Positions 58,902 through 64,000 of a stretch of DNA of 64,000 nucleotides are shown here, piece after piece; the first letter of the stretch is position 1; the number at the start of each line of letters is the position of its first letter. The notes under the pieces are model-generated. The model worked only from the letters and a program-made list of their open reading frames with translations. It searched no databases and was not told the DNA's origin. The position numbers and the translations under genes were made by a program. Origin of the DNA: Azolla caroliniana (taxonomy: Eukaryota > Plantae > Polypodiophyta); NCBI GenBank assembly GCA_043228905.1, contig JBHGNT010000018.1, positions 16,244,001 to 16,308,000 of the forward strand, given 5' to 3'.

Positions 58902-61900
58902 TTACTCCTCGTCTTCCGGATCGTCATCCGCCTCGGACTGCCCGTCGTCGCCGTCCATGCTTTCCAGATCCGGCTCGCACTCTTGTCGTTTCTTAAACGC
59001 TTTGACCCTCTTCCCCGCTACCGGTATTGCCATCCTCGTATCGTCGAGCTCCGCAAGATGGTAGGTCTCGTTGTTGTTGGCGCCTGTCACCACGTAAGGC
59101 CCGAACCACCTCCTTGCAAACTTCCGCGTTGCCCTGTGCTGATTGTCGAGGCTGTTGTCATACACTAGGAACCAGTCGCCTTCCTCGATTTTCTTCGGTC
59201 GCAGTCGGTGAGTCTGGTCAAACCGCCCTTTGTGCTTCAACCTTGCCAACCGAAGCTTCTCCGCGGCTCGTTCCACGTCCTCCGGCCTTCGCTCGAGCTG
59301 TCGAATCCATGCCGCTAGCAGCTCCTCCCAGCTCATCTCACCTCTCCAATCCACCGTGGCCCATGAGGAGATGGTTCGCTCTATTGGCATGATCGGCCTC
59401 TGTCCATACATAAGCTTTGCCGGCATGAACTCGGTTACGGAACTGTGCGTAGTTCGGTCCGCCCACAAGGCATAAGGTAGCAGTCGCGGCCAGTTCCCAA
59501 CTTGGCCTTCACACACCCGTACTAGTGCTTTGACGATCGGCCCGTGTCCCCGCTCCACCTTCCCGTTAGCCTCCGGATTGTACGTTGTGGTGAGCGAGAG
59601 TTTGACCCCTAGTCGGTCAAACATCTCTTCAGCCTCTTGCGCGTCCAACTCTCCGCGAGCAGCCATGATCTTTCCTACGCTCCCGTACCAACATATCACG
59701 TCCTCGATCAGAAACCAGCACATAGCCGCGGTCATTTTGTTCTGCAGCGCTCGGCCTTCAACCTGGTTCGTCAAATCCTCCCGAGCCAGCACCAAATACC
59801 GCATTTGTCCTACCCCCATCTGCATCGTCACCAAATCCACCATCCATTTGAAGTGGACGGTCGGAGGGTAGGTCGGCTGAAGCACATCCCGATGTCGGAC
59901 TATGGAGTGCATCTGACAGCTTTCGCAAGTCGTCACGAACCGATGCATGTCCCGGTACAGTCCCAGCCACCAGTACTTCCCCTTTAGCTTCTCGAACGTG
60001 GCCCACGTTCCACAGTGTCCGGCCTAGGGACTCTCGTGGTAGGCCTCCAACAACTCCTCCTATTCCTCATTCTTCGCCACCACTCGGAGTGGGATGTCGT
60101 CCCACTTCTTCGGGTGCTTCCATATGTACCCGTCCCGAAGGAAGAATCAGTACACTTTCTTCCGGATCCAGTTGGCCTCTTCCTTTGTCCACACCGCGTT
60201 CGGTGTCATTGTTTTCAGGAGCCCGCCGATCTGGAGCCACTCCCCGTCATACTTGCTCTCGTCGAATTCGTTAAGCGCCAGAGTGCTCCCCTTTCTGGTT
60301 GTCACGTATGCCGCCTCGAAGAAATCTACGCTGACTTCCTCGTCCTCCGAAACCATGCCGTCCTCATTTTCGAACCTCGCCCTTGAGAGCATGTCGGCCA
60401 TGGCATTGTCTTTTCTGGAAATGTGTCGTATCTCCGGATTCAGGGACTTGATGTACGCTATCCACCTGAGCATTGCTAGGTCCGGCATCGCGCATCCAAA
60501 AACCATGCCGAGAATCGGCAGGCAGTCCGTCTCGATTATTACCTCTGTCCCGATCAGATAGTCTTTATCGGCCTTCACCGCCGAAACGATACCCCAGAGT
60601 TCACGTTTAACTTGGGCGTATCCTCGTTGTCGCTCACTGAGGACCTTCGCGCCGAACCGGATGGTGAACCTCGTGCCAACGTCATACTCTTGATTGATCA
60701 CCCACCCGATCCTGGTCGGACTCGTGTCTACAGTTACGTAAATCGGAGTGTCTTTGCCGTAGACAGCCTTTCGGAGTGCCAGTGCCGTGGCAAGTGCTTC
60801 CTTCATCTTTCGGATTGACTCCGTATGCTCGTCTCCCCACTCGAATTTACGCCCTTTCTTCAGCAACCTATACAACGGCTCCGCGACGTGGGCGTAATGT
60901 GGGATCCAGATATGGTAGAACGCGCATGCTCCCAAGAATCTCCGAACCTCCGTAACCGAATTGCAGTCATGCTTCATCGCGGAGATGGCTTCCACCTTGG
61001 CTGGAGACGGTTTCCGACCATATGGTCTACATAGGTGCCCGACGACCATGATCTCTGATTGCCCGAAGGCCGATTTTTCCCCGGAGAAGGTGAGCCTCGC
61101 GCCTTCTAGTCTCTGCAGCACCTTCTCGCAATCATCGATGTGAGTCGCCACGAAATTCCGACATCCGTCCGGTCCGATTGTCTCGTCCTTTTCCTCCACC
61201 GGGCATCCCCTGATCGGGATGTCGTCTAAGAATGGCATGGTGATGTCCGGGATACAATCCCTTAGCATTTTGTTCATCACGTTCACCATGTGAGCCACCG
61301 AGTTCGTCCCTCCTTGTGGTAGGGTACACATCCGCACTAGGCCGAGGGGAGTCCGCATCGTCGTAATGTCTCTGCTCTCCACGGCTAGTTGGAACTGATC
61401 GTACCTCGAGTACAGATCACCGACAAAGTAAATTGACCTTCCGGCGAAGGCCTCCGCGAACTCGTCTATGGTCAGTCTGATTCCTGCGTTCCGAATGGTC
61501 ACCTTGTTGACCAGTTGCAAGTCCTGAATGAAGCGCAGCGTGCCATTCTTCTTCGACACCGTAAACCACCGATTCGAATACGGGGCACTCGACGGTTCGA
61601 GGATGCCCATCTCCACCTTTTGCTTCAAAAGCTCCATCAACTTCGGGATGTGAGCTCTCGGCACCGGAATCGGTTTGAGATTCCACGGTACATGCAGTAC
61701 CGTGAAGATCACCATCGGTTCGATGATCGTCGGGTCCACACACCCGATCTCCTCCGGCGAGAACGCGAAGGCTTTCCCATGCCTTCCGAGCATTCTCCGA
61801 AACTTGTTCTCCTCCGCCGGCAGTAGAAAGCCACCCCCACCGACCTTGAGCTCCCGTAGCGTTATGTCGGTGAACCGGTGCCCTATGCCAGCCGGATTCC

Positions 61901-62258
61901 GTAAACTTAGGTCTGACGCGACCCCTTTAATCTGCTCCTCGCTGCCCTCTGGCAAGGGTGCCACGACCGGCCTTACCTTCCGGTCCACAGTCTTGTACTT
62001 TGTACTCATGCGGGCCATCTGATCCGACCCGATCCTTTCCCCGAAGTCCGCGATGACTTCGTACATTCCCATCGAACCTACCGGAACGGTTCGGTCTTCA
62101 CTAAGGTCTTCACCGATCACCTTTCGCAACTCGCCCAAGGTGTCGTCAAAAGAGACCACCTCCATGGCGCCGCTGATCTCTTCGTCGGGGGAGAGGACTC
62201 CGCATTCCCTGAGACGCCCCTCCACTCGCTTCCTTTCCAGGCCGTTGACGCCGGCCAT
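58902..62258 (-). pseudogene. pol: Element E pol (RT-RNase H-integrase)
   Basis: PYSNRWF...RFIQDLQ, TLPQGGTNS, PFLDD, YAQVKREL, YNPEANGKVERGH, WFGPY; stops near 60020-60150. Confidence 0.9.
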
Positions 62259-62386
62259 AGTACAACCTCCGTTGTTGGAGAACCAAAATTTCCTACCTAT
62301 GGTACAAGTCTTCTTCCGTACTGTACATTTGTGGGGTTTTTCCAGGGTGTCCAGACTATCGCGGCCCCACGCCTTGATAGCCCTCT

Positions 62387-64000
62387 CTAAAAATCCCCTC
62401 GGGTTTCACCACCGAGGGTCTCGCGGTTACGCTCATGGTTTGGTCGCACCGTCAGGAACTGGACCGAGTGACGCCCGTCCTGGCTCTTGACTCTTGCATA
62501 GGCCGAACCGTTGTCCAGCACCTTGGTCTCCATCCGTGCCGCCGTGATGTATGGTTCTCCTAGTATAACCGGATGTGAGGACGTCTCTTGCATGAAGAAG
62601 TGCTGGTTGATCTTGACATCGCCGATTTTCACCCGTACGTTCGGGCAGGCTCCATGTAGTTCTTCCATGGCGCGCGTCGCTGCTCATACTTTCCAGCCGT
62701 GTTTGGTGTTGAGCGGCCATTTCCCCTTTTTGTAGAAGTCCATGGACATCAAGTTGATTTCTGAATCGTGGTCCACCAACGCCACCACCGGCTCCTGGAC
62801 ATCCCCGATCTTAACAAGGGTCTCCGTGTTCGCTCGAGTGCGGCCTCGAATAGTGGCTTTCTGCCAACTCGTCTTCTAGCGCTATGTCCTCTATGTGCGT
62901 CGTTCGCACTTCCACCGGTTTCTTCGGCTCTTGCTCTGTCAACAACCTCTTCCTCTTCACCAAGTCTACGATGGAGTCGTGGAACTCCTTCTTGGCGATC
63001 CCGAGCACTTCCCTCAGTGACAACTCCACTTTGTTGTCGAGGATACGTTCCTCCAGGACCTTTCGCAGGTCCGTGGTCCTTTCGATTTTTGTACTCAACC
63101 GGTACCCGACCTTCTTGGTTTTATTCGGTACGTCGGTCGCACCGGCCTCATTCTGCCTTTGACCGAATCGGGTCTCGTACCATTGCGAGGGCCCGGCCCC
63201 TCCGGTTTTACCTACTCGCTTGTCTTCCACTAGAGCCTCGTAGTTCTGGCATGCGGCTTCAATGAAGCCCGTCTTCTCTTCGACCAGGTTGCTCCACCCG
63301 GTTACCTCCCGGACCCGTTTTTCTGCGCAGTCCGCTTCTTCTTTCCTTAGCCGTGCGCCGGTGAGGCCTTCCAACATCAGCGGCCAGAATCCGGCTTCGT
63401 TCGTCTTCTGGGCCTCGCCACCTCCGACATGGATCCCAGCCGACGCCGAGTAGTGGATGGTCTCCGCGTGGCGAGCCGCTGCTTCTTCCATCAACCGTTT
63501 CATACCCCCTCGTTCGACATTCTGGTCCAGGGCCCTTCGGGTCTCGCTAGCGTGCACCCGACCGTTCCATAGGTACACTACGTTGGCTCTCATTGCCTCA
63601 GCGAAGTCCCCGCAATCCTTCCGGACATGGCCGACCGCGTCGCACCACAAACACCGGTTTCCAGCCAGAGGCCTTCGGTCACGGGCCTGTTCGCCGCCAT
63701 CCCTCCGTGCCTGTGCAATCTGGAGGTCCTTCACCATCCTAGTCAGCTCCTCTAGAGCTGCTCCTTCGGACGAGCCTTTGACCATGCCGGTCGAAGTCGA
63801 TTCGGTCTCGAGCCAGTCTCGGGTCTCTTCCCTTCGCGCTGGCGGGGTTGGCTCGAGTTTCCTTGCCGCTATAGAGCCCGCCCCTATTGATTCTTTATCG
63901 ACCCACTCTCACCGTTTGTCGAAACGGCCACAGACTCTCTTCACCATGGCCCAGTTGGCCGTCAGCCCGTCATCAGTCTCCAGCAGGAGACCCACTCGCT
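62387..64000 (-). pseudogene. gag: Element E gag-protease
   Basis: CLWCDAVGHVRKDC knuckle; protease LVDHDSEINL (~62750-62785) and VILGEPY. Confidence 0.82.

Larger units (their letters stand above)
58133..64000 (-). mobile_element. Ty3/Gypsy element E (fungal-type, Ylt1-like by inference), decayed, 5' part outside the window
   Basis: 3' LTR 58133-58826 (TGTCG...CGACA); PPT GGTGGGGGCGGA 58827-58838; pol and gag-PR fragments. Confidence 0.88.

Overview
This window is a gene-free, deeply nested transposon cluster from a plant genome (the element families suggest a non-seed land plant; inference). Left nest: a decayed hAT transposase (-) holds two decayed Copia family-A elements (48-20497, ~21474-33080). 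These in turn hold an intact Athila/Phygy-like Gypsy with identical 420-bp LTRs (G1, 1134-11008), two near-intact Tnt1-like Copia elements (B1 12561-17997, B2 22084-27419) and a solo LTR. Right nest: Copia F > Copia D > Copia C2 (37300-56445), which holds Copia B3 (38673-44300) and a two-gene Sola2-like DNA transposon (46444-54095). Copia D also holds a solo LTR and a fungal-type Gypsy running off the window end. The top observation is in G1: it has no polypurine tract next to its 3' LTR. In its place is a sense copy of a tRNA 3' end (GGGTTCGA...GTCCCACGGGCGTGCCA), i.e. a second, inverted primer-binding site, suggesting both cDNA strands could be tRNA-primed. G1 also has a non-env ORF2 of about 892 codons split by one in-frame TGA. 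All boundaries and comparisons were read by eye; no database search was run.
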